Assembly: GCA_964247055.1 (NCBI GenBank)
Contig: OZ176052.1
Span: forward strand, 6,262,001-6,326,000
DNA: 64,000 bases
Origin: Paragordius varius
Lineage: Eukaryota; Animalia; Nematomorpha
Direction: 5' to 3'
Translations under genes and position numbers: made by a program
Notes under the pieces: generated by a model
Told to the model about the DNA's origin: nothing
Database searches by the model: none
The model's input: the letters and a program-made list of their open reading frames with translations, nothing else
Shown: positions 52,665 through 64,000 of the stretch, piece after piece
Layout: each line of letters begins with the position of its first letter
Position numbering within the stretch: position 1 is the first letter of the stretch

Positions 52665-53552
52665 TTAATAAAACCTTTAAAAATTAAAAGTTAGTGTTAA
52701 GGAAAATATCAAATTTATTTAACAACTTAAAATTCAAGATAAACTGCTTCCAAAATCGGCTGGTATTAAAATAATTACCTGATGAAATATATATATTCTG
52801 ATAGGAAATCAGGATCAACATGGTGTTTTTGGTTTTAGCCCTTACAATTGATTTAGAAAGTTATTAAGAATTTTAAGTGCTCCATAGAAAATGTAGCTAA
52901 ATGCTTCATTACAAAAATATCACTAATATATCATAAAGTACTTATAAAAAGCAAAACAATATTTAAAAAAAAATATTAATTAATAGATATGGGTTTCTAA
53001 AGCCCAAAATTTTTCCGTCCTTTTTAAATAAAAGTATAATCCGATATTAAGTGATAAAAATTTAAAATATATGCTAAATTTTGATATCAGCTAAAAATAT
53101 TTTTAAAAATATCCAATTTTTTAATTTTTTGCAAACTTTTGTTGAAGCGTACCACTATTTTCACGCATGAAGGAAACGGTGAAAAAACCCCTTAAAACAT
53201 TATAAAACACTTTTTCTATAAGAATGCTAAAGATTTCTATCGCTGTTTCGTTTTAAAACTTTGGTTGTAAGAAGACACAAATTTGATTTATTATAATTGG
53301 AGACAAATCAATGTTATTAAAGTTTTAATATGCTATAATTCTTACGCCTTACTATATCAAAATATATATTTTATCAGCTTATAATAATAATATTATGGGG
53401 TGGTCTATCTCTAAGATATTTATACTTGGATACAAACACATATATTTCGATCCCACCGATTCAAATAGGGTTGGGGACCCTAAGCCTGTTTAAAAACAAA
53501 TATTTCTTAAAATATAAAAACAAATCGAAACCCTTGCAAAAAGTCGCCCTTA

Positions 53553-53594
53553 CACTGCGTGTACAATCGGCGTGTATAAAAATAACCTGATATA

Positions 53595-53651
<57 letters not shown>

Positions 53652-54582
53652 GCAAAAAAATATCAGGATTATCATCGTTCTTTTTCTTTTGGCCCTTACC
53701 AGTTATTTAAGAAAGTTATCAATGAGCTGGTCATCTTAAAACTAACGCGAAAATTCCGCAATGCGATAATAATTTTAATTATAAGCTTAATTTTGATAAA
53801 ATTAAAATAAAATGCATACCTTTTTCAAAAATTTATATTTTAACATAATTTTATTAAAGCGTAATTCATATTATTTTGAGTCTGGAAGGAAACGGTTTAA
53901 AAACGCCTTTAAATATCAGTTCAATATTGCATTTCTATCACCTCAGAATTTCAATTAGATATTAGTTTATCTTCAATTTTATGCTAAATCAATATTGTGC
54001 TTCTTTACAAAAAATCAAATTTTATAACCTCTTGAATGAACTGGAATAGCATATTCGGATATTTAGAAAACATGTTTTTAAAAAATCCTAAAGCGATTTT
54101 TTAAAGTTGTTCTTATGCCTCAAAATAGTATGAAGTATGCGTCAACAAAATTTACTAAACTCAATTTTTGGAAAATGCATTTTTTAAAAAATATATTTAG
54201 GTGATATCAAAATTAAATTTAAAATTTTTATCGCGAATTCTCGGCATTTTAGCGTTTATTTTAAGAGAACCAGGCCATTTGGGAAAAGTAAAAAATGGGA
54301 CTTTCGGGGCCCACATTCAAAAAAGATTTATACATAGTTATTTGCTTTTTATAATCTAATGATATTTAGTAATATTTTTGGAATGAAGCATTATATTTCA
54401 CAAAAAAAATTAATTAAAAAGCTTCTCAAATTTTCCCTTTCTGATATGGAGCACTTACCACAAAAGTGTAAATAACTCTTATATCACTCGTAAGGGCCAA
54501 AACAAAATATACCATAATATCCTTATACATTTTTCTATTAGAATTAATATATATCAACAGGTTATTTTTTGTGCACACAGTG
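53553..54582. mobile_element. Complete CAC-terminated non-autonomous element (Chapaev3/CMC-like)
   Basis: TTA|CACTGCGTGTAC ... GTGCACACAGTG|TTA, with a 3-bp TTA duplication and inverted subterminal cores. Confidence 0.7.
53591..53648. repeat. (TA)n microsatellite
   Basis: Near-perfect TA run. Shorter runs at ~15137-15151 and ~16607-16628. Confidence 0.95.
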
Positions 54583-55742
54583 TTATATAGCAATGTGGGC
54601 ATCAAAATAAAAACATTTAAAAAATATATATAACTTATTTAATGGATAGAACCCAGATAAAATCTTAATCAATATGTCATGTGTGCATTAGATCAATATA
54701 ATAATAATGCAAAAAACACTGTTTTTTCTCTTTATATCAATGTTAGATATGATTATAAAAAAATAATAGTGTTAATTTTACTGTTCGATCAGTAAATTAT
54801 AATGTCGTCGAAGTAGTTTATGAAAGTTTTATTCAAAACCAAATTTTACATAGATATTTTGACTTTTATATTTTTATTGCGATAGAAGTATAAGTTAATG
54901 GAACGGTTCTTTCATAGAATATCTAAAATTTAGTCGAAGAACCGTAAAGGAAATTATACGGACAAAACCTAAAAATATAAATACAATATTTTCGAAAAGA
55001 CAACCATACTAATCTTAATTTTTAAAAAGATAACTCATTGTTTTAAATTGCAAAGTATAAAAATGATATTTATATTGGTTACGCAATCAATTATATATTT
55101 TACAATTTTAATTATAAATTATAAGAAAAATTAATCTTTAAAAAAGTATTGCTGTTTAGAAAAAAATATTTGTCATTATATTTTTACTTATTGACCGTAT
55201 AATTTCAGTTTTTACTGTATATATATGTAATATACTTCAAAAATAAACAATGTTTAAAAAATATAATGATGAATCATATATTTGAGGTGGGGGGGGGAGT
55301 AATAAAATATCCTGATAAAATAAACTCAGCGTCCAAAATCCAGGGTTATAAAAAATAACCTGATGAAATATATATATTCTGATTGCTTATAAAATGGGCT
55401 ATTTCTTTTAAAAAAATGCATACTTTTTACAAAAATTTAATTTTTAGCAAAATTTTTTTGTATCTGCCCAATACTATGCATTAAACGGTAGAACGCTTTT
55501 AGATATTATTTAAACAAAATAAATGATGCAAACTTATCGCTTCAGAATTTTATTTTAAATGTTTGTTATTGAATTTTTCCGAAGTAAAATACACAATTTA
55601 TATTTAACATTAATTTGATAATGGACAAATATTTTAATCAAAATTCTAAATTCTGAGTAGAAATGTACATCATTAAATTATATGGAAAATGTGTTTAATA
55701 ACTAAAACCTTCTTAATACTGTGTCCATTAAGCATTTAAATA

Positions 55743-58700
55743 CAGTATGCATTTTAATGTCTGTTAAGTAATTTTATTGCCTGCCAAATAACATAAATGG
55801 TTTATCAAAAGCGTAAAATACTGACCCACGAAATTATTTCGTAGTACACATATGAAAGAAGATTGACGTGAGAATTAACAGGGGCTTTAATTTGATGGAT
55901 ATTTTGTAATGTTAAATTTTGAGAATATTATAGCAAATTATGTTAACATTTGTAATATTGTTGTTACGTATTTAGCGGAATTTTGTGGGTTTTTATCTTT
56001 GATAAATTAATAAATAGTAAAATACGTATTTTAAGATATTTTATGTTAATTATTCTTATTAATAATAAATATTTTTCAACATGCTAAATACGTGTATTAA
56101 TGAATATTGGTATTATAATTTTATATAGTTGTTACTACCAATTAAAAAATACAGGTAAATATTTATTTGTGAAAATTTAAGTAGATTTTAGATTTTTGTC
56201 TTTTATGTTTTGGTTAATTATTAATAATTTTTAAGTATTTCAGACATTTTAATCAGGTAAAAATTGCGGTTTTAAATAACTTTAGTAAAAACTTAGTTTT
56301 TTTTTTATGTTTTGCATTGTTAATTGTAATTAATTACTACATATTTTGGACATTATAATTAATACAGGTAAAAATTGCGGTTTTTAACAAATTTAGTAAA
56401 AATAAGTTTTTTTTGTTTTTTTTATGTTTTGCATTATTAATTTTAATTAATTACTACATATTTTGGACATTATAATTAATACAGGTAAAATTGCGGTTGT
56501 TTATATATTTGGTATTATTGTTTTTTTATTTAACATTGTTAATCATAATTAATTTCTATATATTTGGAAATAATAATTACAGGTGAAAATGGCGGTTTTT
56601 AACGAATTTTAAATTTAACATTTTTTGTATTTTGTATCATTGTTATTTAATTAATTACTAAATATTTTGGACATTTAAAAAACTGGTGTAAATTGCGGTT
56701 TTTAATAAATTAATATACAGGTAAAAATTACTATGATTTGCGGTTTTTTAAAATATTATTTTTTTGTTTTACATTGATAGCTAATATATTAAATAGAGTT
56801 AACATATCTGAGCAGGTAAAAATGCATGTTACGGTTTTATGTTTGACATTTTATTTTCCAAATCAACTATTTATATTTTACAAACACCTTGTCACCAAAG
56901 ATTGAAAATAAGATCAAGATATATAAAACATCTTTTAAAGTATCTGAATATCGCCAAATATAAATAAATTTATTTGAATTATAAATGTATAATTACACAA
57001 AATATTCATAATATTATGTTTAAAATTAGCATTCTTCTGATATTAATACAGGTAATTTCTTTCTAATATTGATATACGATGCGGTCTGTACATGATGATC
57101 ATATCTTAGGTAGATTCTATCAACTAAAATATAAGATAGAAAGGTATTTATTAATATATTAGAAAATTGATACCTGGATTCTAGAAGTATTTTTAACACA
57201 ATTTTAAATGTTGGGGGCATAAACATTCAAAGTTTGAAAGGGAACTAAACAAAAACATTCAAATTTTGAAAGGGAACTAGATAAGGTTGACTTGGCTTTT
57301 TAACACAACTAAATTTGCAAAAAATTATTTTCTTCATGATAAAAAGTTCAAAAATGATACTTTATGTTTTTGCGTTTTCGTTTATCTTAAACTATAAATA
57401 TGAAATTCTTCACCAAAGCAATGTTAGTGTTGCCTGCTTAGTTTTTGGAGTGCTGTTGCATTCAAAGCTTTTGAAAAAAAATATTTGTTTCTATTTTCTA
57501 TTTGACGTCATTGGTGAAATCATATAAGCCTTTTCATATTTATAGTTTGGGATGGTAGTACGAAAATGCAAAAACAAAAGTATCATTTAATTTTTTATCA
57601 TGAAGAAATAATTTTTTGCAAATTTAGTTGTTAAAAAGCCAAGTCAACCTTATCTAGTTCCCTTTCAAAATTTGAATGTTTTTGCTTAGTTCCCTTTCAA
57701 ACTTTGAATGTTTATGCCCCCAACATTTAAAATTGTGTTAAAAATACTTCTAGAATCCAGGTATCAATTTTCTAATATATTAATAAATACCTTTCTATCT
57801 ATTTTAGTTGATAGAATCTACCTAAGATATGATCATCATGAACACACCGCATCGTATATCAATATTAGAAAGAAATTACCTGTATTAATATCAGAAGAAT
57901 GCTAATTTTAAACATAATATTATGAATATTTTGTATAATTATACATTTATAATTCAAATAAATTTATTTATATTTGGCGATATTCAGATACTTTAAAAGA
58001 TGTTTTATATATCTTGATCTTATTTTCAATCTTTGGTGACAAGGTGTTTGTAAAATATAAATAGTTGATTTGGAAAATAAAATGTCAAACATAAAACCGT
58101 AACATGCATTTTTACCTGCTTATCAATGTAAAACAAAAAAATAATATTTTAAAAAACCGCAAATCATAGTAATTTTTACCTGTATATTAATTTATTAAAA
58201 ACCGCAATTTACACCAGTTTTTTAAATGTCCAAAATATTTAGTAATTAATTAAATAACAATGATACAAAATACAAAAAATGTTAAATTTGAAATTCGTTA
58301 AAAACCGCCATTTTCACCTGTAATTATTAAAATTTCCAAATATATAGGAGTTAATTACGAACAATGTTAAATAAAAAAACAATAATACCAAATATATAAA
58401 CAACCGCAATTTTACCTCTATTTATTATAATGTCCAAAATATGTAGTAATTATTTACAACTAACAATGCAAAACCTCAAAAACAAAAAAAAACTAAATTT
58501 TTAGTAAATTTATTAAAAACCGCAATTTTTACCTCTATTTATTATAATGTCCAAAATATGTAGTAATTATTTACAACTAACAATGCAAAACCTAAAAAAC
58601 AAAAAAAACTAAATTTTTAGGAAATTTATTAAAAACCGCAATTTTTACCTGATAAAAATAATGCAAAACATAAAAGACAAAAATCTACTTAAATTTTCAC

Positions 58701-60271
58701 AAATATATATTTATCTCTGTTTTTTTAATTAGTAATAACAACTATATAAAATTATAATACCAAGATTAATCAATACAGGTATTTAGCATGTTGAAAAATA
58801 TTTATTATTAAATTTAGGAATAATTAACATAAAAAATCTTAAAATACGTATTTTACTATTTATTAATTTATCAAAGATAAAAACCCACAAAATTCCGCAT
58901 CTAAATACGTAACAACAATATTACAAATGTTAACATAAATTGCTATAATATTCCCAAAATTTAACATTACAAAATATCCATCAAATTACAGTAAATGTTA
59001 ATTTTTAATATCAAGAATTTTTTTTTTAATCCATGTGGCATTTTTTTATCCTTTTAAAAGTTATTTTACAAGCATATAAAAAATAACACTTACATATATA
59101 TTTAAATGTACTTACATGTCCCTTTTCGGTACACATATATGAGAGATATACATTAACATTGCAATATGTTCCTCTTCTCGCTACATTTATTATTTGAGAA
59201 ATGGTAAATCGCATATGTGTTTTGCCTACTTTGATAAATATTTAGGTTTGATATAACATTTTTTATAAAATTAGGTATTAATCAGTATGTTATGTGTTGT
59301 GCATACTTTGATTTTTAATTTATAAGTTTATATATTTTTTTTATAAAAAATATTAAGTTTTTATTATTTTGTCAAAAAGAATTTAGAATAAATGTATAGT
59401 TTTTGTGAAGAAGATAGTATAGATGAAAGTTTGTCATCAACATTAGATTCAAACTATGGCACATTAATAACCCAGACTCCAGAGAAAAAAAGTCAGGGAA
59501 GATGCCATTTTAATGTGGAAGATTCTTGAAAATATTCAGCACATTCATTTTCTTAAGTATTATGAGCACACCAAAAAAATTGTCAAAAATGTTTGCTTAA
59601 ATAAATTACCACTTGTAAAATAATTAATTATAAATGGTATTATTTTACCATTTTTCGTGACATTTCTCAGTTTTAATTTTAGGTGATATAGTGTTTTCAA
59701 AAAAAGTCAGCAAAATCAAATCAATATTTAAATTTGTATAATACAAGTTTTATTACGCACATAAGCGATTTATATGAATGTATTTTTTTATAGTCTTTTC
59801 TGAAATATTTTTTAATTAATTATTAAAAACTTAATTTTTTATAAAAAAAATTATATATAAAACCTAAAAAATTATTTAATGAAGTAGGCACAACACATAT
59901 GCAATGTTACCATTTCTATAATGAGATATGTAGCGAAAAGGGGAACATATTGCAATGTTAATGTATATCTCTCATATATGTGTACCGAAAAGGGACATGT
60001 AAGTACATTTAAATATATATGTAAGTGTTATTTTTTATATGCTTGTAAAACAACTTTTAAAAGGATAAAAAAATGCCACATGGATTAAAAAAAAATTCTT
60101 GATATTAAAAATTAACATTTACTGTAAAGCCTATGTTAATTCTCACGTCAATCTTCTTTCATATGTGTACTACGAAATAATTTCGTGGGTCAGTATTTTA
60201 CGCTTTTGATAAACCATTTATGTTATTTGGCAGGCAATAAAATTACTTAACAGACATTAAAATGCATACTG
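55743..60271. mobile_element. Foldback element: ~1.66-kb inverted arms, ~130-bp spacer, TA flanks
   Basis: TA|CAGTATGCATTTTAATG at 55743 and CATTAAAATGCATACTG|TA at 60271. Arm 55743-57405 is the reverse complement of 57533-60271 once 58989-60124 is removed. Confidence 0.88.
58989..60124. mobile_element. Tc1/mariner-like MITE (1,136 bp, ~200-bp TIRs) nested in the foldback right arm
   Basis: TA|CAGTAAATGTTAA ... TTAACATTTACTG|TA. The left arm shows the empty site with a single TA near 55890. Confidence 0.85.
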
Positions 60272-60806
60272 TAATAACTTTATTTTAAATGACAATTTAC
60301 CAGCAAAATGACACAGGAAAACAATGTTTGATAATTATATTTTCACTAAAATATAGTTTATTTACAAGATTGAATTCTGAGACATAAAACTATTACAATA
60401 TGTCATCACGGACAAAAAATTGAATAGGTCATGAAGTGTTTAAAATTAACACTTTATGAGAAAAAGAGTTTATGAAAAAACATAGGAGTTAATTATGTAA
60501 TACTTATAACTTTTCTTACTAATATAAACTATTATATACAGTAGCGTATGGTCTGAAATTCACTAATGTCGGAACTAAACGTTTCCCTTTATACAACTTT
60601 CTGCTAAAACTATAAACTTAACACGTCTTTAAATGTCAATTTAAAAATCTCAAATAATGATTATTATGATAATGTCTGCCTTCATTCCAATTTATTACAA
60701 GAATTTAACGCATAAATCACAATGATCTACGCAATATGCATAGTTAATTTTTGATTATAATTTAATATATATTGTTTATATTTAATTGAATATTGCATTA
60801 TGTGAT

Positions 60807-62097
60807 TTATCCTTGTCCTGGCATTCCAGCCATCATAGGTTGAGCCGCTGGCATAGTCATTGGTTGAGCAGCGGGCATACCTGCCATCATTCCTAGAAAG
60901 AAAAATATGTTTTAAATTGAGTAACAACTTAATACAATTTGAGAAAAACCCAAGGTTTTTTTACGAGTTTTGATAAAATTCATATATTTTTTGATTAGTT
61001 TTAATAAAACAGTCAGTCATATATAATTTTAAATGAGCGTTAACCAGGTTGTCCAGCCATCCCAGACGTGGCGGCTCCTGTTGTGGGCACACTGGCTTCA
61101 GCCTCTCGCTCAAGGGCAGCATAATCAATATTTGGGGGTACAAAGTAACCGGGACGGGCAGCGATAAGCATTATGTCTACAAATAAAATAAACATATTAA
61201 ATGACCTTAGATACTTTTGTTTTTTGTAATTAAAAGGGAAATGTCACTTAAATCTTTTTTGTATTAATTATATGAGCTGATTATCAGATTAACTTATTAC
61301 TATTTTGGGACATTTTTTGTGCCAATTGATGTATTTTCTGGGTATCCTGAATGGAATCGTGTCCTCCAACGATGATTATAAGTCGTTTACCGCCTGCACC
61401 TGACAACATATTTATGGCATTTTCAATGGCACCTTCAAGCTTAACATCACCGGCAGCTAATATAATAAATTTACAACATCGGTTACACTGAAGTAAATTG
61501 TTTTTTAAAATAAAATAGTAATATTAAATGTTATATACGTGGGTTCATTATAATGGCTTCGACTTTTCCATTAACATAGAGGAGTGACAATATTTTGCTA
61601 TTTTTTGCACTCACAAGTGGTTGATTGCGAAGGGAAGCTTCTTGTGGGTTCTTAATATCTCGGGAAATATCTCCAGTAACACCGGCAGCGTCATCAAGAT
61701 TCTGAAACATTAGAGTAATATAAACATTATCAAGTGAGGAAAAGAGATGGAAATCTCGAAAAAAAAAATATTTTTATTCTCATTAGTGTTTACTTACAGC
61801 AAAAGCATCAAGATCAGTTTTTTCCAAAGTCGCTTGATCCAACATATTAAGTCCATGTACAATAACTACTACATTCATTCCTGAAAATAATATTAATTAA
61901 TTCAAGGTTAATATATTGTCTAAATCAGATTTACAAAATTTTATATAGTAGAAAGGATTTTAATAAATAAAATTTTTACCTTCAGAGGCACCTGCAGCTC
62001 CTCCAGCCATGGGCATCATAGGCTGTTGTGCCATTTGTCCAAATATTCCAACACAGGCTACCACGGATAAAACAGCGAGGCTTATTAAGGTTTTCAT
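60807..62097 (-). CDS. Secreted 245-aa protein with M/Q/P/A/G-rich termini and a possible vWA-like core; exons 62097-61980, 61880-61798, 61701-61539, 61456-61301, 61176-61045, 60892-60807
   Basis: Not in the ORF track as one ORF. Six GC-elevated exons joined by GT-AG introns (82-152 nt) give a stop-free frame that starts with a signal-peptide-like MKTLISLAVLSVVACVGIFG. Confidence 0.8.
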
Positions 62098-63595
62098 TCT
62101 GAAATATAAAATTACTTTTATGGTGAAGAAAATATAAAATATTATTTTTCATTTATAAAAAATAATTTTTATATTTTGTATATGAATTAGACCATATTAA
62201 TTAAATTATTTTGTTTAAAATTGGTTTACAATTATGTGCTGTATAGAGCTTTTTAATCAAACCATATATAGTCCAAAAACGATGTTTAAAAGACCCTCTA
62301 ATATAATGATTATAATCAAGACTATAAAACTACATAATTACCTTTTTCTGATTTAGGGAATGATAAAATAAAAATATAAATTTTTAATTTTTTTCAAATA
62401 AATACTTATGTAATCATGAATTGGGGAAAATCAAAGGTTAACCTCAACCATATATTAATCATTGGTTTTAGAACTCGCATTAATTAAATTGTGCAACATC
62501 ATCCTTATATTTTAATTATATAATATTAGTTATTTTTAAAATTTACATTTGACATATCATCGCGCAATTAATTTTTACCATGTTCATTCATTATGGATGC
62601 ATCATACCTTGCGGACATTTAGAATAAAGAATACATGAATATTTAAAATTAAAAAAAATAAAAAAATATAACGAATTACATGATGAAATTCGTTTTCATA
62701 ACTTTATATATGGTTATAAGGTTATCATAAATATCCTCTTAAATTTAAATCTTAAAATTTTTAATCATTCCTATAAAATTATTTATTATAGAATGTATAG
62801 AAAATTATAAAAATACGGAACAAATAGTAAAGAAAACCAAAAACGTATTTTTATAAGTAGAAAAACATAATTTACACTCACAATTTTGAAATGTTGTTTT
62901 TAAAATGTGAATACAGCACGATTTTTAAATTTACACAAAAACAATAAAAAAACATAGCCAATTTTCATAATATATTGGCAAATAGCTTTTATAGTAAAGA
63001 ATTAGCTTAGAGTTTGGTGCATGAAAAATATAATTTTTTAGCTTGCTTTTAGTCAATAGTTCTATAGTACAAACTCTATCTGGCAATTTTAAATTAAAAC
63101 TGCAATCTTATTTTTAATCATATTGTATTTATAATTTTTTAATTACTTAAAGCATAGCAAATATTCACCCACAATCATAGCTTTTTATTTTTAATAATCC
63201 CGATAATTTACTGTAATTGTTAAATTTAAGGATACAAAGCGCATTTTCCTCAATTTTATCAAAAATTCTAATTTGCATCCTTCTAAAAATGCTATTTAAC
63301 TATAATATATTTATCTAATTTAAGATCAAACGAAGGTGCATCGGAAAACCATCGATTTCTAATTTATCATATTCTTACGAAAAGATTTGCATTATTTAAA
63401 AATATTTAAAGTTTAGAGATTCAATTAAATACACAAATAAATAATTCATTCTAAAATTATTTTCTTGATTGATTATTAAAATTGATACATGTATTAAGAC
63501 TTAAAATGCCTGCACATTAATATATTTCTTAACAATCAATTAATTTTTGTGTAAATTGTTAAACTTTTTAAATCGTCAACAAATAATCATACAAA

Positions 63596-64000
63596 ATGAG
63601 TGGAATGTCTGGTGTAACTATTGATGCGGAGTGCATTTCTGTGTTCGAGGAAGTTAAGATGAAACACACACATAAATATATACTCTTTGCCATGTCACAG
63701 GACAATTCCAAAATTGTGGTTAAGAAGAAGGCTGCCCAAGCAGCCAAGTACGAAGACTTTATGAAGGATTTAGCGGAAATTCAAAATCAAAAGGATTGTA
63801 TATACGCCGTCGTAGATTTCGATTATATTGCTGCGAAAACGAATCAACCCAATCAAAAACTTATCTTTTATATTTGGTGCCCCGATTCCTCAGACATTCG
63901 CAAAAAAATGTTGTACACCTCTAGTAAAGATGCCATCAAAAAATCATTGCCAGGCATATTTGCCGAAATCCAGGGCAACACAATGAATGACGTACAATAT
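63596..64000 (+). CDS. ADF/cofilin (3' end beyond the window)
   Basis: MSGMSGVTIDAECISVFEEVKMKHTHKYILF...CIYAVVDFDY...KLIFYIWCPDSSDIRKKMLYTSSKDAIKKSL: typical ADF-H domain motifs in a 135-codon open frame. Confidence 0.95.
   Translation, partial: MSGMSGVTIDAECISVFEEVKMKHTHKYILFAMSQDNSKIVVKKKAAQAAKYEDFMKDLAEIQNQKDCIYAVVDFDYIAAKTNQPNQKLIFYIWCPDSSDIRKKMLYTSSKDAIKKSLPGIFAEIQGNTMNDVQY

Noticed and set aside
53461-53655. Poly-(YI) ORF
   Set aside because: Translation of the (TA)n microsatellite.
57026-57905. Near-identical ORF pair MFMPPTFKIV... on opposite strands
   Set aside because: A by-product of the palindrome arms; non-ATG starts, AT-biased composition and no domain.
56150-58640. Regularly spaced CAGGTAAAAATTGCGG repeats as a CRISPR-like array
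   Set aside because: The intervening sequences are related to each other and irregular in length, the array is mirrored in inverted arms, and the context is eukaryotic with no cas genes.
61045-61880. Alkaline-phosphatase-like reading of the secreted protein (AINMLS...LIIIVGG)
   Set aside because: No metal-binding Asp/His/Ser residues and far too short; the vWA-like pattern fits more of the sequence.

Overview
Very AT-rich eukaryotic (animal-type) genomic DNA. No prokaryotic features, rRNA, tRNA or CRISPR arrays were recognised. Hand-built gene models give ten protein-coding genes. In order: the 5' half of a DHCR24 sterol reductase; two tandem histidine acid phosphatase paralogs, one of which has lost its catalytic motifs; a PTDSS2-type phosphatidylserine synthase; a ~1,850-aa cytoplasmic protein with five tandem tyrosine-kinase-like domains (active-pseudo-pseudo-pseudo-active); Dcp2; a ~1,100-aa fem-1-like ankyrin protein; SAYSD1; a secreted Met/Gln/Pro/Ala-rich protein with a possible vWA-like core; and ADF/cofilin, cut by the window end. 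Five genes appear to use extremely small GT-AG introns of 21-27 nt alongside ordinary 60-2,100-nt introns. Intergenic DNA is filled with nested non-autonomous DNA transposons: TTAA piggyBac-like MITEs, CAC-terminated TWA-target Chapaev3-like elements, a Helitron, a Tc1/mariner-like MITE and a 4.5-kb foldback palindrome. All gene models, family assignments and comparisons were made by eye and from memory; none was confirmed by a search or by transcript data.
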